Positions 1-14,103 are shown, counted from the stretch's first letter. The stretch: 64,000 bases of DNA from Phoronis australis (GCA_002633005.1 NMRA01000516.1:200562-264561), one strand, 5' to 3'. Notes: a model not told the origin generated them from the letters alone. A program made the numbers and translations.

Positions 1-2699
1 ACAGAGAACAGTCCTAAATGAAAGAGTATACCGGCTGGACTCTGGTAAGCACCCGACATAGGCGGCACACCATAGGGGGCTGGGGGGCTATGGCCCCTCA
101 CTACAGTGCTGCGCCGAAGGCCTGGTGCCAATGGTACATTTGACAATGAACTTAACAGATTTCAGGTAGTATAAAAGACCCGTTGTTTTACGATATTTCG
201 TGGGACCGACATAGCTCAGAACTGACATTTTACTGCTCCGATGTTTCCCTGGGTCAATGTTCCCTAAGCCCGATGATCTATACCCAGCTATAGCAACTAA
301 ACGAGTAGATGCGAAATTGTGGTTAGCGAAATTTTTATTTTTCTCTTCATACACCCCCACCAATTTTTTGCTCCCTAGACCTGACCGCCACTGTAAAATT
401 TTCTCCAATAAAAAGACTCTTGTTCCAGCTAAAGTGGGCAATTAAAAACAAAATAATTCTGGGTGGCTAAAAACGGTACATTGTAGATGGTAATAGTATA
501 GGTGGTAACGACAGCCAGAAAGTCGCCCCATCTAGATGTAGTTCGACTCGCAGAATCATATTATAATAGCATTTCTTGCCTCAATATGAAAACATGAACA
601 CAGCTTTGATTTATACTCCCAAAAGAAAGTTACCACTAGTGACATGAGCGTAGTTTTGTGACTGACCTATTTTTGGCGAGCAAACTCACTTACCTGATGG
701 AAACCTGCACAGAGTCGGCAATTATTTTGAGGCTTTTCATTTCACAGAAAATTAATTGCTGAGTACGTAAACAGCATATAATTTGCACTGAACCCGCGCA
801 TCCAAATACGTCATTCCACAGGATGTTTTTTAAAAGTTGAGTTAAAGTTCTTAAGGGCAATCTAGTTCAAAAACTTAACAATACAGTAGTATGTAACATG
901 GCATAATGTTCACATCCTTTCTGTCATCAAACTAAAAGCCTATTTGAGTACAATTTTGTACCTCGGCCGAGATCAGAAAATCGACTATTCCCGTCCATTT
1001 CTGTGACCTGAGTTCCTGTCCATCAGTTCAGGAACGATTAATGAATGACGATCATGTTGTCATATGAAAAAATATTGACAACACCGTCAGCGTAAATGCG
1101 TTGTTTAACTTTGTTTGGGTGCTTTTGATTCTCATTTTGGATCTTTTATACAAACTTAATTATTTATTGTCCAAATTTTACCTGTTTTCTGCATATGATG
1201 AATGGTATGTCATGTTGCCTTTGAAAACGTATTGACATCACCGTGAGTGTAAATGCGTTGTTACTTTGTTCAGTTGTTTTTTTATTACCATTTTGGTTCT
1301 TTTTACACACACTTGTATATTTATTGTCCAAATTTTACCTGTTCTTTGCATATGACGAATGGTATTAATGCATAATCATAAGTTTGTGAAGTACGTCACA
1401 TCTCCCGCAGCCAACAGTCGGCTCCTGAGGTCTGCCCCAACTCACCGCGAGAATACGTCAAATGAGAACCTGTTTAGGTAATAAATTAGAGAAAAAAACT
1501 GGGGTGAGCAATTGCCGTGTGACTACCGGACGTGTGAGCGCAATGCATACTTGGTAGCAAATCGGCACCAGCTTTACTGGCGTATAAAAATGTCAAATAG
1601 AAAAAATCCTTACACAGAAATGTTTCAACAAACAAAAACAAGTTTTATCTCATAACAGTGAGCTACACATCTCAATTTCAATAATGAGCACTTGTGCTTC
1701 ATTTTGCTGTGCAGGCACAATAACTGGCCAATTCACTTGCTAAATTGGCTTCGATTTTCCATTACCAGAGAAAATATATTTCAAAACATGACAAATCTTG
1801 GGGGGGGGGTGTAGTCAAAGAGCTAAATGTCGAAGGTGGGAAAATATTGCAGTGTTAGGAGCATGCTGCAGAATTTCTTAATCTCTTTGTCATACGAATT
1901 TCACTCCTTCAAGGCCCGGATAGCTAATTAATGTGTTCATCTTGCCCTGCACAACACAGATGTCAGTGCACAGCAAACCAGGCGGTCCAACTATGCCGGA
2001 TAGCAGCTTATACGAATGTTTCTGTCTGTGTGGGAAATATTCCTTTTACCTTCAACTCACCAATATTTTTTACCAATTGGCACTAGTTTTCTTTCTGAAG
2101 TTATTTTGCATATTCATTGTTCATACTGTTTGTCTACCAAAGTTAATTACACACAGTACAACACACTTAGCCTAGCCTGCCATAGTAGGCCTTGTTATTA
2201 GTTGGCAATAAGTCCGTAATTTTATGCAAGTGTCTGAAACTACCTTTTTATGTATACGACATTTATGATTAGAACCATTTATTGCCATAAAACAACCGAG
2301 GACGGCATGTCTTCACCTTTTGCCAGTGCACTGATCTCGATCGAACCGCAACGGGTCATCGGCTGCAGGTCCAAGACTAGAAAAATAATTTCTGTTACAA
2401 CTTATTTTGCCACATTTTGTCAACAATTTCAGCACAACTTGTTCCTATTTTGGTTTTATTAAAGTTAAAGTGCACTGTTGATTATTTTATCCTCGTTTCC
2501 AGGTTATGGGAAAAGACACTGCTCCAATTGCACAGCCGGCTTCCTTAAAGACCCTACATAACGGCCAAATGACTTTTGAACATGTTAAATATCTGTATCA
2601 TTGATCGAAACAAACATATCATCCCTCCCTTCACTCCTGGCATTAGCTAATTACGCCAATTACTATTGTACGACCCCATCATGAACCCCATTTAGCGCC

Positions 2700-4800
2700 G
2701 AAAAAAACTTTAGGTGGCGCTCGTTCTAATCGAGGCAAATGACGTCATCGTTGATACCCAATACCTATCGAACAGTCCGTTGCCACAGGAAGCTTACCTT
2801 ACGGTGTCTGGTGCATATTTCAAGTCACAGATTTTCAAAATTACAACTGTTAGAGACAACCAAGCTCAAATACTATACGACACTTATCTCGACACTTCCA
2901 CGTGCATATAATATCCTACAACTCACTGTCCCTTGATAGGTTTAGCGTCGCCAAAGACAGTAGCGCGTTCTCGGTGGGGACCACTTACTCAGTCTAACAT
3001 CAAATACTTATTCACAAAGACGTCCGGGTTTAACGAACAGATTTAACAAACAGGGTCCCTGCGTGCATTGGGGGACAGGTTTGCAATGAATGGAGATTTG
3101 TCGGACCCACGGCGACATCCTGGCGGAATGCGTGTACCGGAGAATTAAATTTGTTTGTAGTCGCTCCGTGATAATTACGGGATTATGTCGGGGAGTAAGT
3201 CGGCGTTACACATCTTAACGAAGCGAAAAGCTCACTCGCAGCACGATGAAAAAGAATGACCCGAGACTTTTCGCACTAGGGTTAGAAAAGTAAAGGCCTA
3301 ATACCTTGCAATGGACGGACGTTCAATGAAAAGTACTGTGAAATGGAAGATTAAGAAAATGTAGGAACAACGTTTGGATGGATTAGCGCCGTGTATGTTC
3401 AAGCCAGAGGAATACGAGTAAAGTGAAACAGAAGGGGAAACTTACCGGCCAATTGTCACGGAACTCGCTACGGACCGTCATTTGAAGACAAAGGCATTTT
3501 ACACAAGGCATACGAAACTTAACCCGTAACCGACGCAGCTATCTGCACGCCGATTAGTGAGACCTGCAGGAAAATCTAAGTGCGGTTGAGGTGGAAACAA
3601 AATATTGAGCACAAAGGACAAAGTTAGCGCTGCGAATAGGTTGTCATATTTAAACTAGTGTTCGATTTGAAAGACCAATTGCACAAGGCATTTTATACTT
3701 TGAAGTCAGGGAAATACGCCGTTCCCGTCATAGCACAACCCATCGACATGCTGACTGCACACTTTTTTCAGTGCGTGCCTCCAAAGTGTACCCAAAGCCG
3801 TATTGCCTGACGTTCACGTGCGGGGTTTATAAGTGCACCCTTTCCCGGCCGATGTTAGATTTCAAAGAATGTGCCACAAAACTCAAGTTGAATCAGCGCT
3901 CATCTTATGGTCACGTGCATTCGAGTATATGCAACACCCAAGCACTTAATCGAGCCAAGCCAGTGCAATATTTTATTTAGAACGGCCGCCGTACTCTTTT
4001 GATGTGCGACTTGGGAGGTGTGCACCTCTACGTTCTCACCGCTGGAGTACGTGATACATTGGCTGCAACACGTGAGTGACAGATGACTCATATATATGTC
4101 GCGCGTGCTGTCCCAGAAAAGAGGGCTTGAGAATTTGTTGTCGACTTACTTTCATTCTGATGCAAGACAAGTTGTGACCGTCGTTTGGCAAGTAACAGCC
4201 AAGGGTTGTCATCTTTACGTTTGTTTTTTGCGATAAAAAAAAGACGTAGGCTACATTCACCCACACCGTTAATTGACGACATTTCTGAGCCACGATCGCA
4301 TAAAATGGTACCGACCATGTCGCGGTGATTTATTGCCGAGGATATTGTTAGTGGATAATCAAGACATCTTACGTGAAAAATAAGTATTTTTTCCACCACA
4401 GAGTTCGGTAAGTTTGCCGTTGTCAGATTCAGTACGAAACGTAGCTGTTGTAGGACCTTTTACGTGGGTGCAAATACTTCGAAAATTGGTTCGTCGTGGG
4501 TCGTGAGTGAATCGATGGCAGACCCTATCCGAGATCTACGCCGCTGTTCGGTTCGAAGGGTGCTTTGCCTGACACCATTGTTTTGCTTAGTAATATTGCA
4601 TTATCAGTCGACATTGATGCCTAACGTCGGCGATGTTTCTAATTGGTGACGTTCCTTGAGCAAAACTACTTTGTTTTTTACTGTCCCAGCAGCCGATCAG
4701 GTGCTCACTACAGGTTGTGGTTAGCGCGGTAATGTGTTGCTCGTTCTCAACGATGATGTCAATAGGCCAGTCTACTGTGATTCGTCGAGAGAATAAAAGG
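2700..4800. promoter_or_regulatory. Candidate bidirectional promoter / first-exon region
   Basis: CpG-enriched relative to flanks. - strand donors (gtaagt/gtaagc) at ~2795, ~2986 and ~3444 face left; a + strand donor (cg|gtaagt) at 4406 faces right. CACGTG boxes lie between them. Confidence 0.4.
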
Positions 4801-6477
4801 GGTTTCTGATGGGGGCACATAATATGGGGGGCACAAAATGCGTAGTAATTAGTTAGTGGTTGTGTGGAATAAAACGAAACAAAGATATGTTGCACAAAAG
4901 TACATGTATTTAACATATCTAAAAGGCAGTTGGCTCATTTTATAGGGACTTTAAACCTGGGTTCCTGAATGAACTGTATTTTTGGTTTCACGGTTATTTA
5001 AAAATCGCGTTGTGTTCTTCAGGTCAGAATCATGAATGGTACGTTTATTTAAACTTTCTTCAACTACAGATTAAGTCATAGATACAATTTGGTTCCTTAT
5101 AACTGCTTCTCACTATTTAATAAAGGTTAAAACATGTCCTACTGGGACTTTAAGTTGCAAAATTGGGCTGTGAACTAAAAATGGAGGAAACATTCACTCA
5201 GTTAGTTTGGATTTTTAACAACTTCAATGACAGTCATATACTAAGTCAGACCTAGCAACTTTTTAAACGAGTATTTTTCCCTTTTCACATTGCTAACTTA
5301 GCTACTCGAATGCACGTGTCGGTTAGAGAGCACTGATTCAACTTTCACGTCGGTAACTAGCCTTGCGCTCTAGAGCCTTTTAATGGCAGTCGTGAAGAAC
5401 AGCAATGCTGTTCCTGCATGTGAGAACTCAATTTTGCAACCTGAACTTTGTGAGTATTTACCGCTGCAGGTAAGAACAAGTAATTCAAACATTTTCTCGG
5501 GGATCGAAAATGTCAATTTTGGTGCACAAAAATGGTAGGAAAATTTTGCGACCTAGCATTCATGAATGCGAGCCAGATTTTGAAAATACGACCTGGGATT
5601 TTGGGTAGGTCACAAAATGCGACCTGGCAATTTTCATAGCATCAATTCCTGCTCTAGCTCTCACACAAAACCTAATATGTACACTCTAAATTTAACTAGA
5701 TTATTTGTGGAATTTTCCTTTCTACTTTTGAGTGAACTCAAGGTAATGATCTGTAATATTGTGCTCGAGTGCATTATGTTATATGGATTTCAGTTTGAAG
5801 ACCAAGATTGCATTTTTGAACCCTAGATTCGAGGTACAAACTCAAGTCAAAACTTGAGATGCCGAAAAAACCTTGAAATTTTGAGTTTAGACTCTGAACT
5901 ATTGGCCTTGTAATGGTTAGATCATCAAGAGCAAACGGATTAGATAGTAACATATGCATGCAAGCCACGACAAGCATAGAATGAGGACATTTATCTTAAG
6001 TTGACACAAAAGTAGTTTAGAATTTGATTTCATTTAAAGTAAAACCGATAAGACCATGGGCCCTGGACTGATAGCATAAATTAATTTGGACCTTGACCAT
6101 CATTAGAGTAGATAATGACACTGGCGGAATACCCAGGATACTGATGTCCTGGGGACGACAGATAAGACTTGTCAATGCCATTCAGGTTGAGTATCAACAA
6201 CCAACAACGCTTCATACCAATTGCACGAAAAGCAAATTAGTGTTTTCTATCTTAAGGAGCATACCTTAACAACTCATATAGATAATAAAATAAATTGGCG
6301 GGGAAAAGCAACACGAAACAACTTTTAATAACTAGTGCTACAGAAAATTTAACTATTATTTTTGGAAGGTTTTCGTCTTATAATTGGGTTATCACAAGAG
6401 CAGTATGGCACCACCTGATAGGGTTAGTAAATAGGTGACATGCATTGAAAACAGTTCTACATGCATGTGCTTGGAAG

Positions 6478-6544
6478 ATGGTGTCCAAAGCAGCAGTCTT
6501 TCTTGTAATATCCATAGCAACAGGATTACATCATACAGCAAGAG
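6478..6544 (+). CDS. Coding exon 1 (signal peptide) of secreted multi-ShK / mucin-stalk protein
   Basis: ATG at 6478 reads MVSKAAVFLVISIATGLHHTAR and ends at a G|gtatgt donor (phase 1). The phase matches the acceptor at 7098-7099, giving ...TARA-TSGC, a plausible signal-peptidase site. Confidence 0.8.
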
Positions 6545-7099
6545 GTATGTGTTGGTCAGGCCAGGTGTTGAAAGAAGTTTTGATCACAAATCAAATAAAA
6601 AGGTGAACAAATTTTGATGTTAAACTGGAAAACATCAATAGGTATACCCAGTATTTTCCCTATATGATATGTATCCTGCTTAGAAATCTTGATCCTTATA
6701 TTTCAAAAGCGTGACCTATTCTGCTTCTAGAAGACAAATAATTGAAATTGAAGACATTCACTACTTGCACACTTTTGTGGCGCTGCAAAGATGATTGTTG
6801 TGCATTGTTGTTAAGACACATTGCCTCATTTTAGCGTTAATTTTAACAACGCAAACATGAAAGAGTGCCTGTTCCAAACATGCAGAGCCATTGTAGTTTG
6901 GACACAACACCTAGTTTTCAAGCATGATGGCGAATTCGTGCAAGTATTGAATGGTACTTATCTTTACAATTTTACAGAGAAAATAATGTAACTATATAGT
7001 CCTGAGTGTGACTGAACAGAAAGTCAAATTAATAAAGAACAATGCCTTGGAACAGGCCGGACGACCAGTAAAACCTTGAAGCTCATTTTTCATTTTCAG

Positions 7100-8538
7100 C
7101 CACATCAGGATGTAACAACAGGGCAAAAAATTGCTTGACAAGGCTAAGGCAAACACCATTCTTCAATTACTGCACAGGATTCCTAACTCGAGAAAAAGCC
7201 AAGCAAGACTGTGCACTATTGTGTGGATATTGCACACCATGTGTAGACAAGGGGAGGAGTAAAACATGTAAAGAACTACACCAAAAGGGACAATGTGCAA
7301 GTTCCAAATGGCACAAATACATGAACATCAACTGTCAGCGGACATGCGGCATTTGTAAAGACGGACATCAACACCTCACCACAGATTTACCAAGAACAAG
7401 ACGGCCAACCCGATTAAGCACAAACCAGAGAACTAAAACAAGACAATCAATTAGACCAATGACAACAAGAGATACCGATAACCATCAAGGAACCTGTACA
7501 GATACAATACAAGCTTGTCAGAGCTATGCAGAAAAAGGATTCTGTACTGATGATGACATGATGCACAAAATGCGCATCCATTGCAAAAGAAGTTGTAACT
7601 GGTGCACCATGACAAGAACTCACCAACGCACCAATGCACCTAGAACCGGTGCACTTAGCACCCATGTACCTAGCACCCATGTACCAAGCACCAGTGTACC
7701 AAGCACCCATGTACCAAGCACCAGTGTACCAAGCACCCATGTACCAAGCACCAGTGTACCAAGCACCGGCGCGTCAATCACCCATGCACCAAGCATGTCC
7801 AGGGGACATGTTACACAGTACACAATGCAGTCGTCTATAAAGGGGATGCCAACAGAACAGGTGACTGCATATTCCAGGAAAAAATCAACAAAAAATCTTT
7901 CAACAAGCGTCAAGCCAGCATATAAAACAACAAGCATCTCCTATACTACCAAAACCCGTAAGACAATTACTGAATTACAAGTAACAACAACAGAACAAGG
8001 CTCATTTCCTCGCACTCAGTCAACTGTTGATGTCTCAAAACCTAATTCTCCTATATTACCTGGAGCAAAAACAAGCAACACAATCCAAGACCAAACACCA
8101 ACAACAGAGACAAAAACCATTAAGCATAGGACAAGGATGATATCAAAACTAGCAACAACAACAACAGAACAACACTCATCAGTGACAACAAAACATCACC
8201 AAAGTTCTACAATTGCCAAAAATACACAAAAACCAACAGGATCAAAAACAGAAAATCCATTAACAACAGGTCCATCAATCATCAACACTAAAATAGACAA
8301 AACAACAACAGGGACACTCCATCCTACTGCACCTCTTACGACTATTACTAGTTCAAAAGAACTTCAAACTATTTCAAAAACAACCCAAAACACCCAGTCA
8401 GCTTCGATAGACACTGAGACAACTTCAAAATGCAAAGATTTTGTAATTTGTGGGCCCTTTGACATTATGTCCTGTGGAGACCCACAAATGAGGGAGACAC
8501 TGATCAAAAAGTGCCCATACACATGTGGATTTTGCTGA
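7100..8538 (+). CDS. Coding exon 2 of ShK-domain protein: 3 ShK domains, T/S/P mucin-like stalk, C-terminal ShK domain
   Basis: Acceptor tttttcattttcag at 7099. Four six-Cys modules end in the ShK signature Cx3Cx2C (CALLCGYC, CQRTCGIC, CKRSCNWC, CPYTCGFC). About 270 aa between domains 3 and 4 are Thr/Ser-rich. Stop at 8536-8538; AATAAA at ~8618 and ~8686. Confidence 0.92.
7655..7770 (+). repeat. Coding 15/30-bp tandem repeat (STHVP/STSVP)
   Basis: About 7 pentapeptide units agcacccatgtacca / agcaccagtgtacca, in frame in the mucin stalk. Confidence 0.9.
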
Positions 8539-9203
8539 ACAGTTTGAAATTTGGAACACAAGAATGCCTTGAGACATTCTGTCTGTGGATAGAATTATTT
8601 GAGTTAAGTAAGGTAGAAAATAAATCAGAAACTAAAAGAGGCGATCCAGATCCTCTAAAGAATACACTAGTGTTTCGAAAAGTAGAATAAATATGCGTAT
8701 TATATCCGGAAATTTCAGTGATCCATTTTTGTTGTTTTATTTATGGATATTGAGTTAAGTGAAATTTATGTTTACAGGAGGGCATAACAAAACAGAATGG
8801 GCAACATTAATTGCATTCTTTGCACATACATTGTATCCAAGATACCTTTTGTTTATTTGTAATGAGTTAAAAGTATAATTGGCAATAGATCTGACCCATG
8901 CCAAATGATGTCATATGGATTTCTCTACCTATTGTTTAACTTGTGAGATCCAAACAACGGGCATAAGCTCCTCGCATGGTTATCGCCTGTTGGACGCCAC
9001 CATTGTTTTCCTTTGTTGCGTCTTTGTTGAATATAATAATACAAGTCGCAGGGATATCACATGACAGCGTTTTCCCGTTCAGTGTCTTTACCAGACGAAG
9101 GGGGTTCCCAGTGTGTGATAACATCGAGCTTCTTTGTTAACTGCCAAGCACAGTCTTTTGTCTGTTATGACAACAAGCAGGCCACTTGTCTACTAGGCTT
9201 ATA

Positions 9204-9685
9204 GGCCCTTTCATATTGACTTAACTCAGGTCTGAGCAGAGCGTCGAAATAAAACAGCACAGTTAACTGGACCGCTCATACTGGCTTCAGTAGTTAACCA
9301 CCATCGAAGTAAACTGTTTGTGATGCTGACGTCATCGAAGTTATCGCAAGGTAGCGCTACAAACTAAGCTTTATTCAAGGTGAACATTTAAATGTGCTAA
9401 ATGACATTAAACATATTTTTAAATCGATTGGTTATCATTAGAGCAAAATATAAGTAGCTATTAGTGACGGCACTACCCTGTAACTGTTGATGATAACAGT
9501 GGCACCTGGCGATAACTTCGATTGGACCGAAATTAAGCGTTCATACTGCACCGCAGCGACGCTGGTCTGGTGTTAACTGCGACGTTAACTGGAGCTGTTA
9601 ACTGCGATCCAGGACTGAAGTTAAGCATTCATACTGACCGCAACTCCCGAAACTATCGACGCGTCGACATTAGTATGAAAGGCCC
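9204..9685. mobile_element. PIF/Harbinger-like MITE inserted in an older repeat
   Basis: GGCCCTTTCATA...TATGAAAGGCCC, ATA/TTA flanks, internal TCATACTG and GTTAACTG repeats. The flanking repeat (~9110-10090) recurs without it at ~42385-42830. Confidence 0.65.
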
Positions 9686-10107
9686 TTATGACAGACCACG
9701 TGTGAACACAGTCAAACTCGAGTGAATTGGTGTATTTGTAAAGAATAGATTGTCGTAATTTCGGTTGCAGTTGGGCGATTTTTGTGATTCAAAAACTGAG
9801 CATGATCACCGTTTGACGAAGATTTTAGAAATGCTATTGGTTTATGTTCAAATATGTAAAACTTTACTTTTATTTTTAACAGCACAGCTCAGTCAGGGAT
9901 AAGATACGATCTTATTGGACATTAGAGCAATTATCGAACAAAAGAGGTGGCCCTCCAACCATAAATGCCAGAATGGAGTAATCAGTTGTGTAAGATATTG
10001 GCTACAGGGGTAAACTTCCCAACTTGTTGGGCTATGAATCGAACAAGTTGGCAGCAACGAGAAAACACCGTAATGGTACCTTGGACGCCTATGAGCCGGT
10101 TACCCAT

Positions 10108-10230
10108 AAATGCTTACCAGTATCTTTATTATAATGCTTACCAGTATCTTTATTATAATGCTTACCAGTATCTTTATTATAATGCTTACCAGTATCTTTA
10201 TTATAATGCTTACCAGTATCTTTATTATAA
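10108..10230. repeat. 24-bp minisatellite x5
   Basis: aatgcttaccagtatctttattat, perfect copies. Confidence 0.95.
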
Positions 10231-10977
10231 GAAAGAAAAACAAAGTGAACAATAGATACGCCTATCTACCAATATCTATGCGACGAGCTTGCGCCCTAAT
10301 TTCACGTGGCGTGTTCTGTTAATTTACTCTTGATAGATCACTTGATGTTCTTAAATTGTTTTCAAGTTGTTCCATGGTGAAAAGTGAATTTGTGGTTTTT
10401 GGTATTGTAAAGAACTGACAGCTCATTATTGCTCATAACCATGCCTTCAGTCTCTGAGGAATAACAATAATAACGCAAAATGTTGTTTAAAACATACAAC
10501 AATGAGTACACAAATCAGGTAAGCAACTTGGTCTACAAAATATGATAGCCAGTAACAGCAACAAGACCTCGGTCAGCACCATAACAAATTTGTTCAAGGA
10601 ATATTCTATAGCTAATCAAAAGAGCAAATAACATTTGTGTCTACGATATCAGGAAACGATGGACTCACATCTACTCAGTACTTCTGTGTTAAAATGAGCC
10701 AACTACCTCCTAGATATGTTAAATACACGTACTTTTGTGCAACATATCTTTGTTTCAGTTTTATTCCACATAACCACTAATTAATTTCAACACATTTTAG
10801 GCCCCCCCATATTATGTGCCTCCACTGGAAACCTCCTCTCATTTTCTTGATATATTACAGTCCGCTGTATAGTCTGAACAGCTGAACGCCTGCAGTCCGC
10901 TGTATAGTCTGAACAGCTGATCGCCTGCAGAGTGTAAGAGCATAAGCCACAAGAGTTAGCAATCACGCAACATGACA

Positions 10978-11375
10978 TCAGGGTCTGTGACACAGTGGCC
11001 ATGGGTTGCTAGGTCTCAGGGTCTGTGACACAGTGGTCATGGGCTGCTAGGGCTGAGGGTCTGTGACACAGTGGCCATGGGCTGCTGGGGCTGAGGGTCT
11101 GTGACACAGTGGCCATGGGCTTCTAGGGCTGAGGGTCTGTGACACAGTGGCCATGGACTGCTAGGGTAGCATGAAATCACTATCTGTGACACAGTGGTCA
11201 TGGGCTGCTAGGGCACAGGGTCTGTGACAGTGACCATGGACTGCTACTGGCCAGCATGATATCACGGTCAGTGACACAGTGGTGCTGCCAGGGCAGCATG
11301 ACATCACAGTCTGTGACACAGCGGTCATGGGCTGCTAGGGCACAGGGTCTGTGACAGTGACCATGGACTTCTAGG
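10978..11375. repeat. ~37-bp GC-rich minisatellite
   Basis: agggtctgtgacacagtggccatgggctgctagggctg variants, about 10 copies. Confidence 0.9.
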
Positions 11376-12180
11376 AAGCACATTCCCAGCTAAAATCTCT
11401 ACCTTGAGGGAGTAAATTTTCTTTTATTAGACCTTATTCAGCAATGCAATTTATTCACAGTAATTGAACAACTTTGCTGAAAACAGTCAGTTGTACCTTT
11501 TGTTTGACAATAAACGATGAGACTATATGGATGAAATTAACAGATAACAATTTACTGGTAATGAATTTAATACAGAAAACATTCTGTGCCCCTCCAGGTT
11601 TATGACCAGGGAGCAGGAAACTCCAAAATGTGTTTAAAACATATTTTTTAGAAATCAGGGGTAGGCTTTCACCGGAAAGGTCAGTTCACACAAGCGAAAT
11701 TGCTGTTTTCACACACAACTTTGATAACCAAAGAAGCCATATCTTGTTTTTTTGTATTTACAAAACTTGTACTTTTGAAAACAAAAATGTCACAGTGAGA
11801 ACAGTCTTTGCCACATACAGGACACAAATTACTTTTCAATCAAACAAATGAATCACAACATTCAGTTAACAGATAAGGCAACCTGACAATTGCTAAATGT
11901 AATTTCTCCATGGAGACAATTTTAACAAGATCTGACATTAGGGTAAACATTCTAAAACTTGGCACAGTGCAATACATTCAAGAATCACCAGGAATCTCGA
12001 AATCTGCAAGTTGTAGGAAACATCATTTTGCAGGTCACAGGTATTTTTCAATGTATATTTTCTCCTATTTCAAACTAAGTACTTAAGATACTCAAATGCA
12101 TGTTGGTTAGAGAGCAGCGATGCAACCACTGGCTTCAGTGACTCAAAGCCTTCCAACAAATTCTTTTGAAAATGGTGTAC

Positions 12181-13568
12181 AGATCGAGTAGTTCCACTCG
12201 ATAACAGCAACTTCACTTCTTTTAACCGACACCAGGTGACAGACGGAGGTGCTGACATTAACCAGTGACGTCAGAGGTTCTAACAAAGTCTGCTCAGCAG
12301 TTCACAAACGCTTACTGGTGTCGGCTTATCACCTGAATTCATCGTTTTACATTGATAAATCATCAAAATTCAATGTGAAAGCCTTACAAATACACTGAGT
12401 TTTTAAACAAATGAGTTGTTTTATTTCGCTGTTATGGATTTATAGAAATTTTTAACGTAACGTAGCTTACGAAGTTCGGTAGGTCAACTTACCGAGGTCG
12501 GTCACTGAAAGGTTGGAGTTTGTTTGACGATAAGTTGGAATTATTCTCCCGTGAAATAGATACGCCAGAGCATAGCCGTGTGTTGTAATTTTAGACTTAT
12601 GAATTTTTTCATTTCTAATCACAAAACGCTACTTATAACCCAGTGGCTCGGAACACAATCAGGCCAGTCACGGCTGGGTACTGGAGACATCACAAACATA
12701 AATCAGCCGGGCAAGTCGGCTGCGGAAGGTGAAAACTGAACTTCCATTAACGAAGACTTGACTAGTGAACCAAAGAAATAATGTGCATGTGAATATTTTG
12801 GTGAATTCACTGCGAAATTGCAAATCTACTTATTCGCCGGGGTCCGCGAATCCAGTGGTTCCCCTTGCACAGAACTGTACAGGGAAAAGGTGTACAATAA
12901 CAATGAATTGAATAGTGTATAAAAATATATCTAAATAAAGATTCCCCTAACATCTGACCATAGCATTATTGAGTAACAGTCACACGAACAGCTTTCTGTC
13001 AGCAAACACTGAATTAGCATGCACTCACACCCTGGTCAACTAATTTTATTGCATCTGAAGCCCCTAACACAGAATGATTCATCCATTGTTGATTTCTCAA
13101 AACATTTGCACTTAGGAACACTCCTAAGGCATTACAAATTGTACCTACTGAGACAGACTTTGATAACTTTATTTTAGTTTTATATAAATATTGGTTAGGG
13201 TGAGAATAATTCATTTTGAAACAGAACAATGCCTGCCACATACACAAAATATTTCACTTTGGTATTAATGGCATACTTTTCATTCTTCACTGCTGGGAAC
13301 TACTTCGGAAGCATTTTGGGTTCTCGAAGAAAACGGTATACCCGGTTTCCTCACAGCTTCATGGTTCGCACAAGCGGGAACAATACATCTCACCATAGAG
13401 GCAAACACTTAGCTGAAGAACCACTGACGTTGCTGCCTCCTGTACTCACCTTTCTCACAGTTTAACGCAACACCTTTTGGTGAGGTGAGATCGACTGTAT
13501 ACAAAATGATGTGGATATAGACTGATTAAGACTGTAACAAAACTAATTAAATCGGGTTGCATTCTCCT
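12181..13568 (-). mobile_element. Second copy of the THAP Kolobok-like family, inverted, one end truncated
   Basis: Terminus GGGTTGCATTCTCCT|TTAA. MVRCIVPACANHEAVRKPG from 13396 (-). Both ends are colinear with 36830-38400. Confidence 0.78.
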
Positions 13569-14103
13569 TTAAAAGATCCCTTTAATGAAACTTCAGACAA
13601 AGTTTTATCTTAAAATAAACAGAAAATTAAGATTTGTCTTAGTTAAACCCATTTTCTTGGAACTGCTCCCCGTGCTTCTTCACACTATATGTGAGATTCT
13701 CTAGAAACATACACTTCAAACTGATTATTATCATGCACAAGTGCCATCTATCATTGCATGACAAAACTATATACTGATGAAGATGATTCAGATGCTGTAA
13801 ATGCAACAAGTAGCATGTAAACTTGATGAGAAGCATTTTCTTTTAGCAAATGATAATGAAGCATTCAGGATTGAGAAAACAGGAAAGTGATCACGAATGC
13901 TTAAATATAATAGTTACATAATAATTTTTTAAACAAATGTGTTGGTTATAGATTAAACCATAATCAGTGCTGAAAGACAGAATCCTAGCAGACACTTTGT
14001 ATTAGAAGTCTATACTGACTGAGAGGGAAAGAGAGATCAGAAGAGGTCCTGTTGACCATTTGGCCCAAAATGTAAGTTGTACATTTAGGACTAGGAAATA
14101 TAA

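Noticed and set aside
7447-7937. Repetitive ORFs (GAWYT/GTWVL/APMYQ)
   Set aside because: Alternative-frame shadows of the STHVP coding repeat.
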